Source: Enterobacteriaceae bacterium PC38
Lineage (GTDB): Bacteria > Pseudomonadota > Gammaproteobacteria > Enterobacterales > Enterobacteriaceae_A
Length of the DNA stretch: 64,000 nucleotides
Direction: 5' to 3'
Assembly: GCA_030849345.1 (NCBI GenBank)
Contig: CP102983.1
Location: forward strand, 66,911-130,910
Shown here one piece after another: positions 22,655 through 33,723 of this stretch. The position numbers were made by a program, and so were the translations under genes. The notes beneath the pieces were generated by a model that did not search any database, was not told where the DNA came from, and was given only the letters and a program-made list of their open reading frames with translations. Numbering within the stretch: the first letter of the stretch is position 1; every line of letters starts with the position of its first letter.

Positions 22655-23770
22655 TTATTTTAAATTATTTAAAAAAATTTTAATATTTCTAATAAAATTA
22701 TTTATTTTTGGTGTATTTTTATTTAAATAATTATTGTTAATAGTTTGATCAAAATTATAAATAATTTTTTTTTGTCTTTCAGTTAAATTTACAGGAGTTT
22801 CTATAATAACTTTAAATAACAAATCTCCTTTAAATTTATTATTTAAAGATTTTATACCTTTCCCTTTCATTCTAAACAATTTACCAGTTTGAGTTTCAGG
22901 AGGTATTTTTAATTTTATACGTCCATGTAAAGTAGGAACTTCAATTTCACCACCTAAAACTGCAGTAGTAAAATTAATTGGTATTTCACAATATAAATTA
23001 TTATTATCTCTTTTAAAAATTGAATGTTCCTTAATTTTTATTTTAATATATAAATCACCAGATAAACCCCCTCTTTTACCAGCTTCTCCTTCACCAGTAA
23101 TACGTACTGTATCACCATCATTTAAATTTTTTGGAATTTTAATTGAAAGATTTTTAAATTTTTTAATTCTACCATTACTTTTACAATAATTACATGCATT
23201 TTTAATAATTTTTCCGCCACCATTGCATTTTGGGCATGTTTGTTGAAATGTAAAAAAACCTCTTTTAATTTGAATTTGACCTTTTCCATTACATGTTAAA
23301 CAATTAATAGGTAAACTTCCCTTTTTTGTTCCTTTTCCGTTACAATATTTACATTTTATAAAAGTTTGTATATTAATTTCTTTATTGACTCCTTTAATTA
23401 TATCTTCTAAATTTAGTTCAATATTATATTTTAAATCAGAACCTTTATTAACATTTTTATTACGATTATCCCCGAAGATATCACCAAAAACATCACCAAA
23501 AATATCGCTAAAACTAGTTTCAGAACTAAAATTATTATCATAAGATTGATTAAATGCTTCATGACCATATTGATCATATGCATTTCTTTTTTTATTATCA
23601 CTTAAAATTTCATAAGCTTCTTTTATTTCTTTAAAACGTTTTTCAGCATTTTTATCTTTATTTCTATCAGGATGGTATTTCATAGCTAAACGTTTATATG
23701 CTTTTTTTATTTCTATATTATTTGAATTTTTAGATATTCCAAGTAATGTATAATAATCTTTTTTTGACAT
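22655..23770 (-). CDS. dnaJ: Chaperone DnaJ
   Basis: KYHPDRN J-domain, DIFGDVF, CxxCxGxG zinc repeats. Confidence 0.98.
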   Translation of the reverse strand: MSKKDYYTLLGISKNSNNIEIKKAYKRLAMKYHPDRNKDKNAEKRFKEIKEAYEILSDNKKRNAYDQYGHEAFNQSYDNNFSSETSFSDIFGDVFGDIFGDNRNKNVNKGSDLKYNIELNLEDIIKGVNKEINIQTFIKCKYCNGKGTKKGSLPINCLTCNGKGQIQIKRGFFTFQQTCPKCNGGGKIIKNACNYCKSNGRIKKFKNLSIKIPKNLNDGDTVRITGEGEAGKRGGLSGDLYIKIKIKEHSIFKRDNNNLYCEIPINFTTAVLGGEIEVPTLHGRIKLKIPPETQTGKLFRMKGKGIKSLNNKFKGDLLFKVIIETPVNLTERQKKIIYNFDQTINNNYLNKNTPKINNFIRNIKIFLNNLK

Positions 23771-23792
23771 TTTTAAACCTTAAAAATAATTA

Positions 23793-23818
23793 TGGGTATA
23801 GATTTTTTTCTATACCCA
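23793..23818 (-). terminator. Stem-loop between dnaK and dnaJ
   Basis: TGGGTATAGA-TTTTTT-TCTATACCCA, perfect 10-bp stem. Confidence 0.7.
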
Positions 23819-23866
23819 AATAATTAATTTTTTTTTAAAAAAAATTAAATTTTAATAAAAATAAAA

Positions 23867-25780
23867 TTATTTATTTTTATCTTTTATTTCTTCATATTCA
23901 GCATCAACAACATCATTTTCTTTTTTTTTATTATCATTATTATTATTTACATTAGTGTTAGAATTTTGTTCTTGTGTAAGAGATAATAATTTTTCAGATA
24001 ATTTCATAAGTGATTCTATTTTATTTTCAATAATTATTTTATTTTCTTCTTTAACTGAATCTTCCAATTCTTTAATTGAATTTTCAATATTTTTAATTTC
24101 ATCAGCAGATAATTTATTTTTAACAGTAGATAATTGTTTTTTTGTATTATGTATAATATGATCTGCCTGGTTTCTAATTTGTACTATTTCTTCAAATTTT
24201 TGATCAGCTTCAGCATTAATTTCAGCATCATGTATCATTTTTTTAATTTCTGATTCTTTTAAACCAGATGATGCTTTTATTGTAATTTGTTGTTCTCTTT
24301 GAGTTTTTTTATCTTTAGCTGATACATGTAATATCCCATCCGCATCAATATCAAATGTTACTTCAATTTGAGGTATACCTCTAGGAGCTGAGTTAATTCC
24401 ATCTAAATTAAATTGACCTAAAGATTTATTGTTATTTGCTCTTTTACGTTCACCTTGTAAAATATGAATTGTTACTTCAGATTGATTATCTTCTGCAGTA
24501 GAAAATATTTGACTATGTTTTGTTGGTATAGTTGTGTTTTTATTAATTAATGTTGTCATTACACCCCCCATAGTTTCAATACCTAAAGATAATGGAGTAA
24601 CATCTAATAATAAAACATCTTTAACATCACCAGATAAAACTCCGCCTTGTATAGCTGCACCAATAGCTACAGCTTCATCAGGATTAATATCTTTTTTAGG
24701 TTCTTTTTTAAAAAAATTAGCTACTTTCTTTTGAACCATAGGCATACGAGTTTGACCTCCAACTAATAAAACATCTTGAATATTTTTAATAGATAACTTA
24801 GCATCTTTTAAAGCTATTTCTAAAGGTTTAATTGATTGATTAATTAAATCTTCTACAAGTGATTCAAGTTTAGCACGTGTTACTTTTATATTCATATGTT
24901 TAGGACCAGTTGTAGTTGCAGTTATATAAGGTAAATTTACTTCAGTTTGTTGTGATGAAGATAATTCAATTTTAGCTTTTTCAGCAGCTTCTTTTAAACG
25001 TTGCATTGATAAAGGATCATTTTTTAAATCTATACCTTGATCTTTTTTAAATTCTTCAACTAAATAATTAATTAATCTATTATCAAAATCTTCACCTCCT
25101 AAATGTGTATCACCATTTGTTGAAAGTACTTCAAAAGTTTTTTCACCATCAACTTCATCTATTTCTATAATAGATATATCAAACGTACCACCACCTAAAT
25201 CATAAACTGCAATAGTACGATTACCAATTTCCTTATCTAAACCATAAGCTAAAGCAGCTGCTGTAGGTTCATTTATAATACGTTTAACTTTTAACCCAGC
25301 AATTCTCCCAGCATCTTTAGTCGCTTGTCTTTGAGAATCATTAAAATAAGCTGGAACTGTAATAACAGCTTCATTAACTGTTTCACCTAAATATTCTTCA
25401 GCAGTTTTTTTCATTTTTTTTAATACTTCAGCTGAAATTTGAGGTGGAGCTATTTTTTCACCATTTATATCTAACCATGCATCACCATTTTTTGAAGAAA
25501 CTATATTATAAGGCATAATATTTTGATCTCTTTTTATTTCATTATCTTGAAAACGTCTACCGATTAATCTTTTAATAGCAAATAAAGTATTTTTAGGGTT
25601 TGTTATAGATTGTCGTTTAGCTGGTTGACCAACTAAAATTTCGCCATCTTTAGTATAAGCTATAACGGAAGGTGTAGTGCGATCTCCTTCAGAGTTTTCT
25701 ATTACTTTAGCCTTATTATTTTCCATTACAGCTACACAAGAATTAGTAGTACCTAAATCAATTCCTATTATTTTTATCAT
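23867..25780 (-). CDS. dnaK: Chaperone DnaK (Hsp70)
   Basis: [25 protein letters not shown], terminal DAEYEE. Confidence 0.99.
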   Translation of the reverse strand: MIKIIGIDLGTTNSCVAVMENNKAKVIENSEGDRTTPSVIAYTKDGEILVGQPAKRQSITNPKNTLFAIKRLIGRRFQDNEIKRDQNIMPYNIVSSKNGDAWLDINGEKIAPPQISAEVLKKMKKTAEEYLGETVNEAVITVPAYFNDSQRQATKDAGRIAGLKVKRIINEPTAAALAYGLDKEIGNRTIAVYDLGGGTFDISIIEIDEVDGEKTFEVLSTNGDTHLGGEDFDNRLINYLVEEFKKDQGIDLKNDPLSMQRLKEAAEKAKIELSSSQQTEVNLPYITATTTGPKHMNIKVTRAKLESLVEDLINQSIKPLEIALKDAKLSIKNIQDVLLVGGQTRMPMVQKKVANFFKKEPKKDINPDEAVAIGAAIQGGVLSGDVKDVLLLDVTPLSLGIETMGGVMTTLINKNTTIPTKHSQIFSTAEDNQSEVTIHILQGERKRANNNKSLGQFNLDGINSAPRGIPQIEVTFDIDADGILHVSAKDKKTQREQQITIKASSGLKESEIKKMIHDAEINAEADQKFEEIVQIRNQADHIIHNTKKQLSTVKNKLSADEIKNIENSIKELEDSVKEENKIIIENKIESLMKLSEKLLSLTQEQNSNTNVNNNNDNKKKENDVVDAEYEEIKDKNK

Positions 25781-25979
25781 TTTAAACCCATTTAAAAATT
25801 TAAATATTATAAAAATTTTTTATTATAAAATTAAACAAATTTAAATTTATTTATTAAAATATTAATAAAATAAATTTATAAAATAGAATTAATTTTAAAT
25901 AAATTTTTATATTATATAAAAATAAAAAATTAATAATTTTAAAATAATATTTTTTTATAAAAATATTTATTAAAATAAA

Positions 25980-26315
25980 ATGAAAAGAAAAAATTTAATA
26001 TATTTTTTAAATACATTAAAAATATGGCATAATAAACTTATAAATATAAAAAATCAAAATTTAAAAAATGATTATTTAAAAAATATTAATTTACCTGATT
26101 TAATGGATAGAGCTGCACAAGAAGAGGATTTTAATATAAAATTAATAAATATTAATAGAAATTATAAAGTAATAAAAATAATAGAAAGAACAATTAAAAA
26201 AATAAAATATAAAAAATTTGGATATTGTGAAAATTGTTTAATAGAAATTAATATAAAACGTTTAAAAGCAAATCCTATTGCAAAATTTTGTATAAAATGT
26301 ATTAAAAAAATGTAA
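25980..26315 (+). CDS. dksA: RNA polymerase-binding factor DksA, shortened
   Basis: PDLMDRAAQEE coiled-coil tip and FGYCENC...RLKANPIAKFCIKC zinc finger. Confidence 0.92.
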   Translation: MKRKNLIYFLNTLKIWHNKLINIKNQNLKNDYLKNINLPDLMDRAAQEEDFNIKLININRNYKVIKIIERTIKKIKYKKFGYCENCLIEINIKRLKANPIAKFCIKCIKKM

Positions 26316-26411
26316 AAAATTTTATATTATTTAAAATAATATTATTAAAAAATAAATATACTTAAATATTTAAAATATTTTTTTATTGTTTAAATAAAAT
26401 TAAATTTAAAT

Positions 26412-27719
26412 ATGAATAATGAATATTTAATTAAAAAAGTTATTAAAAATATTAAAAATAATGAAAAATATTTAATTGCATATAGTGGCGGAATGGATTC
26501 AAGTGCTCTTTTACAAATATTAATTGATTTAAATAAATTATATTTAAAAAAAATATCATTTAGAGCAATACATATAAATCATAATTTAAATATAAATTCA
26601 AATATTTGGGTTAAACATTGTTATTTATTTTGTAAAAAAAGAAATATTAAATTAATTATTAAAAATATATATATTAAAAAAAAAAAAAATATTGAAAAAA
26701 AAGCTAGAAATTTACGTTATAAATGTTTTAAAGAAACAATTATAAATAATGAAATTTTATTATTAGCACATCATTTACAAGATCAATGTGAAACATTTTT
26801 ATTAGCTTTAAAAAGAGGAAGTGGCCCTAAAGGTTTATCTTGTATGCCATTTAAAAGAAAACTAAATAAAAATTATTTAATTAGACCTTTTTTAAGTATT
26901 AATAAAAAATATATTAAAAAATATATTTTTGAAAATAAAATAAAATATATTATAGATAATAGTAATTATAATATAAAATTTGATAGAAATTATATTAGAA
27001 TTAAAATTTTACCTTTAATTATTAAAAAATGGCCTAATTTTTATATTTCTATTTTAAAAAGTACTATATTATATTCAAATCAAGAAAAAATTATTAATAA
27101 TATTATTAATAAAAAAATATTAATTTATCAAAATAAAAAAAAAGCATTATTTATTAATTATTTAAAAAAAGAAAAAAAAAAGAAATGTTTTTTAATAATT
27201 AAAAATTGGATTAATAAATTTAATTTTAAAACACCTTCTTATAAAATAATCAAAAATATTTGGTATGAAATAATATTATCTAATAAAAATTCTAAACCAA
27301 AATTAAATACTAAATTATATAAAATTATTAGATATTCTAAATATCTATATTTATTACCTATTAAATATAATATAAAAAAAACAATAATTAAATTAAATAA
27401 AAAAAATATTTTAATATTTAATAATTTTTTTAAATTATCAATTAATAAAATAGAAGGTTTTATATTAAAAGCACCTAATAAAAAAACAAAAATTAATATT
27501 AGATTTATTTTAAAAGGTAAATATAAAATTTTAGGTAAAATACATTTATTAAATGAAAAAAAAATATGGAAAGAATTTGGTATACCTCCGTGGTTGAGAA
27601 ATAAAGTACCATTATTATATTATGATGATAAATTAATATCTGCTGTTGGGTTTTTTATTACAAATTATGGTAAAATAAAATATGGAGATAAAATTATATA
27701 TATTAATATTATAAAATAA
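26412..27719 (+). CDS. tilS: tRNA(Ile)-lysidine synthetase
   Basis: AYSGGMDS, ARNLRY, AHHLQDQCETFLLALKRGSG, IPPWLR. Confidence 0.96.
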   Translation: MNNEYLIKKVIKNIKNNEKYLIAYSGGMDSSALLQILIDLNKLYLKKISFRAIHINHNLNINSNIWVKHCYLFCKKRNIKLIIKNIYIKKKKNIEKKARNLRYKCFKETIINNEILLLAHHLQDQCETFLLALKRGSGPKGLSCMPFKRKLNKNYLIRPFLSINKKYIKKYIFENKIKYIIDNSNYNIKFDRNYIRIKILPLIIKKWPNFYISILKSTILYSNQEKIINNIINKKILIYQNKKKALFINYLKKEKKKKCFLIIKNWINKFNFKTPSYKIIKNIWYEIILSNKNSKPKLNTKLYKIIRYSKYLYLLPIKYNIKKTIIKLNKKNILIFNNFFKLSINKIEGFILKAPNKKTKINIRFILKGKYKILGKIHLLNEKKIWKEFGIPPWLRNKVPLLYYDDKLISAVGFFITNYGKIKYGDKIIYINIIK

Positions 27720-27800
27720 AATTTAAATAAATATAATATAAATAAATAATATTTTATTTTAAAATAATTAAAAATTTATTTATCTAAATAAAGGAAAAAA

Positions 27801-28019
27801 ATGATAAAAACAAAAAATATAGAAATGAAAGGAATAATAATTAAAACATTACCTAATACTACATTTAAAGTAAAATTAGAAAATAATAATATAATAATTG
27901 CACATATATCAGGAAAAATAAGAAAAAACCATATACGTATTTTAACAAACGATAAAGTAATTGTTGAAATAACGAAATATGATTTAAAAAAAGGACGTAT
28001 TATTTTTAGAGAAAATTAA
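27801..28019 (+). CDS. infA: Translation initiation factor IF-1
   Basis: 72 aa; [33 protein letters not shown]. Confidence 0.97.
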   Translation: MIKTKNIEMKGIIIKTLPNTTFKVKLENNNIIIAHISGKIRKNHIRILTNDKVIVEITKYDLKKGRIIFREN

Positions 28020-28081
28020 TTATTTTATTATATTTTAAAAATATTTAAATTAATAAAATTAAGGTTTATATTATATTTATT

Positions 28082-29110
28082 ATGAAAAAAAAATATTATG
28101 AAAATTTTAAAAAAATTAGTAAAATTTATTTTAAAATAAAAAAATTATTAAATTTTAAAAAAAAAATTAAAAACAATATTATATATACAAGAATTACAAA
28201 TGAATATAAAAAATTAAATGATATAAATTTTTTATTTATAAATTGGGAACAAAATAAAAAAAAAAAAAAAGATATTATATATAATATTAAAATTAAAAAA
28301 ATAGAAAAAAAAATATTAAAATATTTAATTAAAAAAAAAAAAAAAAATAATTGTTTTATAGAAATAAAATCTGGAACTGGAGGTAATGAAGCTTCATTAT
28401 TTACAAAAAAATTATTTAAAATGTATTATTATTATTCTGAAATTAAAAAATTAAAAATTCAAATAATTCATGTTAATCAATGTGAATATGGAGGTTATAA
28501 AGAAATAATTTTTAAAATAATTGGTAAAAATATATATAATAATTTAAAATTTGAATCTGGAGGTCATAGAGTACAAAGAATTCCTGAAACAGAAACTCAA
28601 GGCAGAATTCATACATCAACTTGTACAATTGCGATTTTACCTGAAATAAAAAAAAAAAATTATAAAAATATTGATTTAAATAATATAAAAATAGATACAT
28701 TTAAATCTTCAGGTTCTGGAGGTCAACATGTAAATACAACTGATTCTGCAGTTCGTATTACACATATACCAACTAATATTGTAGTAGAATGTCAAAATGA
28801 AAGATCACAACATAAAAATAAATCAAAAGCTTTTGAAATATTAATTGCAAGAATTAAAAAAATGGAAATATTAAAACAAAATAAAAAAAATTCTATTATT
28901 AAAAAAAAATTATTAGGTAGTGGTGATAGAATGGATAGAAAAAGAACATATAATTTTCAAAAAAATAGAGTTACTGATCATAGAATTAATTTAATTTTAT
29001 ATTGTTTAGAAGAAATAATAAATGGAAATCTTGATATATTAATAACACCTTTAAAAAAAAAATATAACTTAAATAAATTATATTTTTTTTTAAAAAATAT
29101 ATTTTTTTAA
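28082..29110 (+). CDS. prfA: Peptide chain release factor 1
   Basis: [21 protein letters not shown] (PxT motif of RF1), GGQHVN, RTYNF. Confidence 0.96.
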   Translation: MKKKYYENFKKISKIYFKIKKLLNFKKKIKNNIIYTRITNEYKKLNDINFLFINWEQNKKKKKDIIYNIKIKKIEKKILKYLIKKKKKNNCFIEIKSGTGGNEASLFTKKLFKMYYYYSEIKKLKIQIIHVNQCEYGGYKEIIFKIIGKNIYNNLKFESGGHRVQRIPETETQGRIHTSTCTIAILPEIKKKNYKNIDLNNIKIDTFKSSGSGGQHVNTTDSAVRITHIPTNIVVECQNERSQHKNKSKAFEILIARIKKMEILKQNKKNSIIKKKLLGSGDRMDRKRTYNFQKNRVTDHRINLILYCLEEIINGNLDILITPLKKKYNLNKLYFFLKNIFF

Positions 29111-29167
29111 AGTTATTATATATTTTAATATATATATAAAATTAAATTTAAATTATTTAAAATTAAA

Positions 29168-29635
29168 ATGATAAATAAAAAATTATCTTATATAACATAT
29201 AATAAAAAAATAAAATTTTTATATTTTATTAAAAAACAATTTGAAGCAGGTTTATCATTATTTGGATGGGAAATTAAATCTATTAGATTTGGTAAAATAA
29301 ATATTGAAAATAGTTATATTAAATTTAAAAATTTAAATATTTTTTTATTAAATTTAATTATTAACCCATTAAATAATTTAAATAACAAAAATATAATTAA
29401 ATTACGTAATATAAGATTATTATTAAAAAAAAAGGAAATATTTTTTTTATTTAATAAAATAAAAAAAGAAGGTTACACAATAATACCGTTATGTATGTAC
29501 TGGAAAAAAAATTGGATAAAAATAAATATTTGTTTAGTTAAAGGGAAAAAAAAATATGATAAAAGAAAAAATATAAAAGAAAAAGAATGGAAAAAAAAAA
29601 AAGAATTTTTAAAAAAAAACTTGCAAATCCAATAA
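29168..29635 (+). CDS. smpB: SsrA-binding protein
   Basis: FEAGLSLFGWEIKSIR, LLLKKKEI, KGKKKYDKR; adjacent to tmRNA. Confidence 0.95.
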   Translation: MINKKLSYITYNKKIKFLYFIKKQFEAGLSLFGWEIKSIRFGKINIENSYIKFKNLNIFLLNLIINPLNNLNNKNIIKLRNIRLLLKKKEIFFLFNKIKKEGYTIIPLCMYWKKNWIKINICLVKGKKKYDKRKNIKEKEWKKKKEFLKKNLQIQ

Positions 29636-29648
29636 AATTAAATATAAT
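29621..29648 (+). promoter_or_regulatory. Probable sigma70 promoter of ssrA, overlapping the smpB 3' end
   Basis: TTGCAA (29621-29626), 16 bp, TATAAT (29643-29648), ending 13 bp before tmRNA. Confidence 0.55.
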
Positions 29649-29661
29649 ATAATCTCATAAA

Positions 29662-29956
29662 GGGGCTGTTTTGGATTCGACGTAATTTATAAAAATTTTA
29701 AAGCATGCCGAGGAAAGGTTGGCCTCGTTAAAAACCTATTATAAAATAAAAGCAAAAAAAAATTATTCTTTAGCAGCTTAAATTTAATAAAAAAATAATT
29801 AAATGTAAATAAATTTACTATTTAAAATAAATATTTAATATTAATAAACTATAATTATTTTATATATGTTTAAATTTTTTAAAAAAAATTAAACTAAGCA
29901 TGTAGTATTAAAATTATAAAAAATTACGGACGCGGGTTCAAATCCCGCCAGCTCCA
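29662..29956 (+). ncRNA. ssrA: tmRNA, shortened; tag (A)AKKNYSLAA*
   Basis: 5' GGGGCTG..TGGATTCGAC; 3' GGACGCGGGTTCAAATCCCGCCAGCTCCA; tag ORF 29752-29781. Confidence 0.96.
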
Positions 29957-29960
29957 AATT

Positions 29961-31667
29961 TTATTTTTTTTTTAAATAATTTATTAATTCTTTAATTGTT
30001 TGTTTTTTTAATGCAATTTCTGCTATTTTTTTTGCATCACTAAATTTATTTTTAATAATAATATTTTTAATATATGGTATATAATTAGTATTCATACTAA
30101 ATTCATCTAAACCCATACCTAATAATAATAATGTTGCATTTTCATCACTAGCTAATTCACCACATATACTTACATATTTATTTTGTTTATGAGTATAATA
30201 TATAATTTTTTTAATTAATTTTAAAATTTGAGGTGATAATGAATTATAAAGATGTGAAACTAATTTATTGTTTCTGTCAACTGCAAATGTATATTGTGTT
30301 AAATCATTAGTACCTATACTAATAAAATCAATTTCTTTAATAATATCTTTAATAATTAAAGCAGAAGCTGGAGTTTCAATCATTACTCCAATTAAAATTT
30401 TTTTATTAAATTTTTTTTTATCAATTGTTAATATTTTTTTAATATTATTTAATTCATATTTTAAATATTTAATTTCTTCAATAGAAGTAACCATAGGGAA
30501 TATGATTTTAATATTTCCATAATAAGATGATAATAAAATAGCACGTATTTGAGTATATAAAATTTTTTTACAATCTATTAACATACGAATAGCTCTCCAT
30601 CCTAAAAATGGATTTTCTTCTTTTGGTATATTTAAATAAGATACATTTTTATCTCCTCCGATATCTATTATACGTATGTTTATTGGTTTATTTTTTAGTT
30701 TTTTAACTATATATTTATAAGATTTATATTGTTCATTTTCATTAGGTAAAACATTTCGATTCATAAATAAAAATTCAGTTCTATATAAACCTATACCTTC
30801 AGAACCATATTGCTTAAAAATATTTATATCTTTTGGATTACATATATTAGATAAAAGAGATATTTTACGTCCATCTAAAGTTATAGTTTTTAAATTTTTA
30901 ATTTTTTGTAATTTTTTTTTTTCATTTATATATTTTTTTTTTTCTTTTTTAATAGAATTAATAATATTTATATTTGGATTTATATATATTTTATTATTAA
31001 TTGAATCTAAAATTATATAATCATTATTTTTAATTTTATTAGTTATATTATAAACATTAATAATAGTAGGTAATTCTAGAGATTTTGCAATAATTGTAGT
31101 ATGAGATGTTACTCCCCCTAATTCAATAATAAAACCTAATACTTTATTTAAATTTATTTGTGCTATTTCAGATGGTGTTAAATCTTTTGATACAATAATT
31201 ACTTCATTTTTAATAAAATTTAAATCAATTATATTTAATTTTAAAATATTTTTTAATAATCTGTTTTTAATATCATTTAAATCATTTATTCTTTCTTTTA
31301 AATAATCATTTTTTATTTTTTTAATAGTTTCAATTTGTTTATTTATAATTATTTCAACAGCATAATCTGCAGATATTAATTGTTTTTTAATTAAATTTAT
31401 TATTTCTTTTTCAAATTCATAATCATCTAATATCATAATATGACTATTAAATATATTTTCTTTATCTTTATCTATTTTATTTTTATTTATTTGTTTAATT
31501 TGTTTTAATTGCTCAATAGTTTTATTACGTCCAAAATAAAAATTTTGGATTTCTTTATTTATTTCATGTTTAAATATATTAATTTGATTAATTTTTATTT
31601 TTTGTTTTTTAAATAATAAAGCTTTTCCTAAAGCTATACCTTTAGAAACAGAAATTCCAGAAATCAT
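29961..31667 (-). CDS. ptsI: PTS enzyme I
   Basis: MISGISVSKGIA, TSHT (phospho-His), GLYRTEFLFM, ENPFLGWRAIR, SIGTNDLTQY, CGE. Confidence 0.97.
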   Translation of the reverse strand: MISGISVSKGIALGKALLFKKQKIKINQINIFKHEINKEIQNFYFGRNKTIEQLKQIKQINKNKIDKDKENIFNSHIMILDDYEFEKEIINLIKKQLISADYAVEIIINKQIETIKKIKNDYLKERINDLNDIKNRLLKNILKLNIIDLNFIKNEVIIVSKDLTPSEIAQINLNKVLGFIIELGGVTSHTTIIAKSLELPTIINVYNITNKIKNNDYIILDSINNKIYINPNINIINSIKKEKKKYINEKKKLQKIKNLKTITLDGRKISLLSNICNPKDINIFKQYGSEGIGLYRTEFLFMNRNVLPNENEQYKSYKYIVKKLKNKPINIRIIDIGGDKNVSYLNIPKEENPFLGWRAIRMLIDCKKILYTQIRAILLSSYYGNIKIIFPMVTSIEEIKYLKYELNNIKKILTIDKKKFNKKILIGVMIETPASALIIKDIIKEIDFISIGTNDLTQYTFAVDRNNKLVSHLYNSLSPQILKLIKKIIYYTHKQNKYVSICGELASDENATLLLLGMGLDEFSMNTNYIPYIKNIIIKNKFSDAKKIAEIALKKQTIKELINYLKKK

Positions 31668-31699
31668 ATAATAACCTTTTAATATTATAAATAAATATT

Positions 31700-31957
31700 T
31701 TATTTAAGTTTTTTGATTATATTTAATAAATGTTTTAAAGCATATTTTTCATCTTTACCTTTAATAAATATATTTATTTTATTTCCTTGTATAATACCTA
31801 AAGTTTGTAATTTAAATAAACTTTTAGCATTTACTATATTTTTATTATATTCTATAATAATTTCAGATTTAAATTTTTTTGCTTCTTTAACTAATTTTGC
31901 TGCTGGTCTTATATGTAAACCATTTTTAATATTTATTAAAATTTTTTTTTTTAACAT
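31700..31957 (-). CDS. ptsH: Phosphocarrier protein HPr
   Basis: 85 aa; NGLHIRPAA (His15), AKSLFKLQTLG (Ser46). Confidence 0.97.
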   Translation of the reverse strand: MLKKKILINIKNGLHIRPAAKLVKEAKKFKSEIIIEYNKNIVNAKSLFKLQTLGIIQGNKINIFIKGKDEKYALKHLLNIIKKLK

Positions 31958-32095
31958 TTTTTTTCCTTTAAAATAATTAATTAAAATATTTATTTTAAAA
32001 TAATTTTAATTAAACATTAAATATATAAATTTTAAAATAAATAATAAATATAATATATCCATATTTTAAAAAACAATTATTTAATTAAAATTAAT

Positions 32096-32117
32096 AAGCT
32101 GCGAATTGACGCAGCTT
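32096..32117 (-). terminator. Hairpin after the rpsF-rpsR-rplI operon
   Basis: AAGCTGCG-AATTGA-CGCAGCTT, GC-rich 8-bp stem 8 bp past the rplI stop. Confidence 0.75.
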
Positions 32118-32125
32118 TATTATTA

Positions 32126-32530
32126 TTAAATTTTTCTTAATATTTTAAATAATATTATTTTATAATTATTATTATTTGTTTTAATTTTAATATTATATTT
32201 ACCTATTTTTTTAATTGTTTTTAAAAAAAATTTTTTTTTAATTTTAATATTATAATCATTAATAATTGAAATAATTTTTTTATTATTAATAGAGCTAAAT
32301 AAATAACCATTATTATTACATTTAATATACAAAATAATAAAAAAATTTTTATTTTTAATATTTATATTATAATTTAATATATTTTTTTTTTTTTTTATAA
32401 TAAAATTTTTATTATTATATATAGATATTCCCTTTGGTATAAGAAAATTAAATGCATAACCTGATTTTACATTTATTTTAGAACCTACGTTATATATTTT
32501 TGAAATTTTATCAAATAAAATTAATTTCAT
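32126..32530 (-). CDS. rplI: 50S ribosomal protein L9, diverged
   Basis: VKSGYAFNFLIPKG, GYLFSSI; operon position after rpsR. Confidence 0.88.
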   Translation of the reverse strand: MKLILFDKISKIYNVGSKINVKSGYAFNFLIPKGISIYNNKNFIIKKKKNILNYNINIKNKNFFIILYIKCNNNGYLFSSINNKKIISIINDYNIKIKKKFFLKTIKKIGKYNIKIKTNNNNYKIILFKILRKI

Positions 32531-32563
32531 ATTAAAATCTCTTATATTATAATTATATCTAAA

Positions 32564-32788
32564 TTATTTATGATTATCTGTATATGGAAATAATGATAAA
32601 TATCTAGCTAATTTAATAGCATTTGTTAATTTACGTTGATATTTAGCACTAGTTCCGGTAATTCTACTAGGTATAATTTTTCCACTTTCATTTATATAAT
32701 TTTTTAATAAATTTATATCTTTGTAATCAATTTCTTTTAATTTATTTATAATAAAATAACAATTTTTTTTATTTATTAAATTATTCAT
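32564..32788 (-). CDS. rpsR: 30S ribosomal protein S18
   Basis: [33 protein letters not shown]. Confidence 0.97.
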   Translation of the reverse strand: MNNLINKKNCYFIINKLKEIDYKDINLLKNYINESGKIIPSRITGTSAKYQRKLTNAIKLARYLSLFPYTDNHK

Positions 32789-32829
32789 AATATATCCATT
32801 TTATATATATTAATATTCATATATTTATA

Positions 32830-33186
32830 TTATATTAAATGTTTTTTTTTAATATTTTCATTTTTATATTTATTTTTAATCATTGGTGAATTATTATTTA
32901 CAATTTTTTTAATACGTATAATTAATTTTCTAATAATTAAATTATTAAATTTTAATTTATTTTCTATTTTTTGAATATTTTGTTTTGAAATTTGAATATT
33001 TAAAAGAATATAATGAGCTTTAATATGTTTTTTAATTTTATAAGAAAGTTTACGATTCCCCCAATCTTCAATTTTAAAAATTTGACCACCTTTCTTTTTA
33101 ATATAATCAATATAATATTTAATAATTTCTAATATTTTATTATTTTTATTTGAATTAAATAAAATAACAATTTCATAATTTTGCAT
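32830..33186 (-). CDS. rpsF: 30S ribosomal protein S6
   Basis: YEIV, EDWGNRKLSYKI, KAHYILLN. Confidence 0.96.
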   Translation of the reverse strand: MQNYEIVILFNSNKNNKILEIIKYYIDYIKKKGGQIFKIEDWGNRKLSYKIKKHIKAHYILLNIQISKQNIQKIENKLKFNNLIIRKLIIRIKKIVNNNSPMIKNKYKNENIKKKHLI

Positions 33187-33222
33187 TAATAAACCTTAAT
33201 ATTTTTTAATTTAATTAAATAT

Positions 33223-33531
33223 TTAATTTAAACATTTTAATGGTTTAGGTAAACCTGAAATTTTATTAATTTGTTTTGTTGGATTTTTATTAAATAAACT
33301 ATATATATATTTACTATTACCTTTTAAATTACCATATTTATAATATATAATTTTTGTTATAGTTTTAATGGTAGGTGAATAATTTAAAAAATTATAAAAT
33401 TTTCTGATTATAAAAATAATTTCCCAATGTTTTTTAGTTAAAAAAATTTTTTCTTTTTTAGATAAAAATAATGCTATAATTAAATTCCATTTTTTTTTTT
33501 TTATAATATAACCATAAATATTTTTTAATAA
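33223..33531 (-). CDS. tusE: Sulfur-relay protein TusE (DsrC family); open frame without an ATG/GTG/TTG start
   Basis: Manual translation: ..YGYYIKKKKWNLIIA..LTKKHWEIIFIIRKFY..SPTIK..KGNSKYIYSLF..ISGLPKPLKCLN*; near tRNA-Ser(TGA) as in enterobacteria. Confidence 0.88.
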   Translation of the reverse strand, partial: LLKNIYGYIIKKKKWNLIIALFLSKKEKIFLTKKHWEIIFIIRKFYNFLNYSPTIKTITKIIYYKYGNLKGNSKYIYSLFNKNPTKQINKISGLPKPLKCLN

Positions 33532-33723
33532 TTAAATTTTTAATAAAAATAATTTATTTTTTATTTTAAAATAAATTGAAATTTATTTAAATTTAAATTT
33601 TAATATAATATAAAATAAATAAAATAATATATATTTTAATTTTTTTTAAATGAAAAGATAAAAAAAACTTGTTTTTTTTAAAAATATTATTATTTTATAA
33701 ATATTTTCTTTATATAATTTTAT

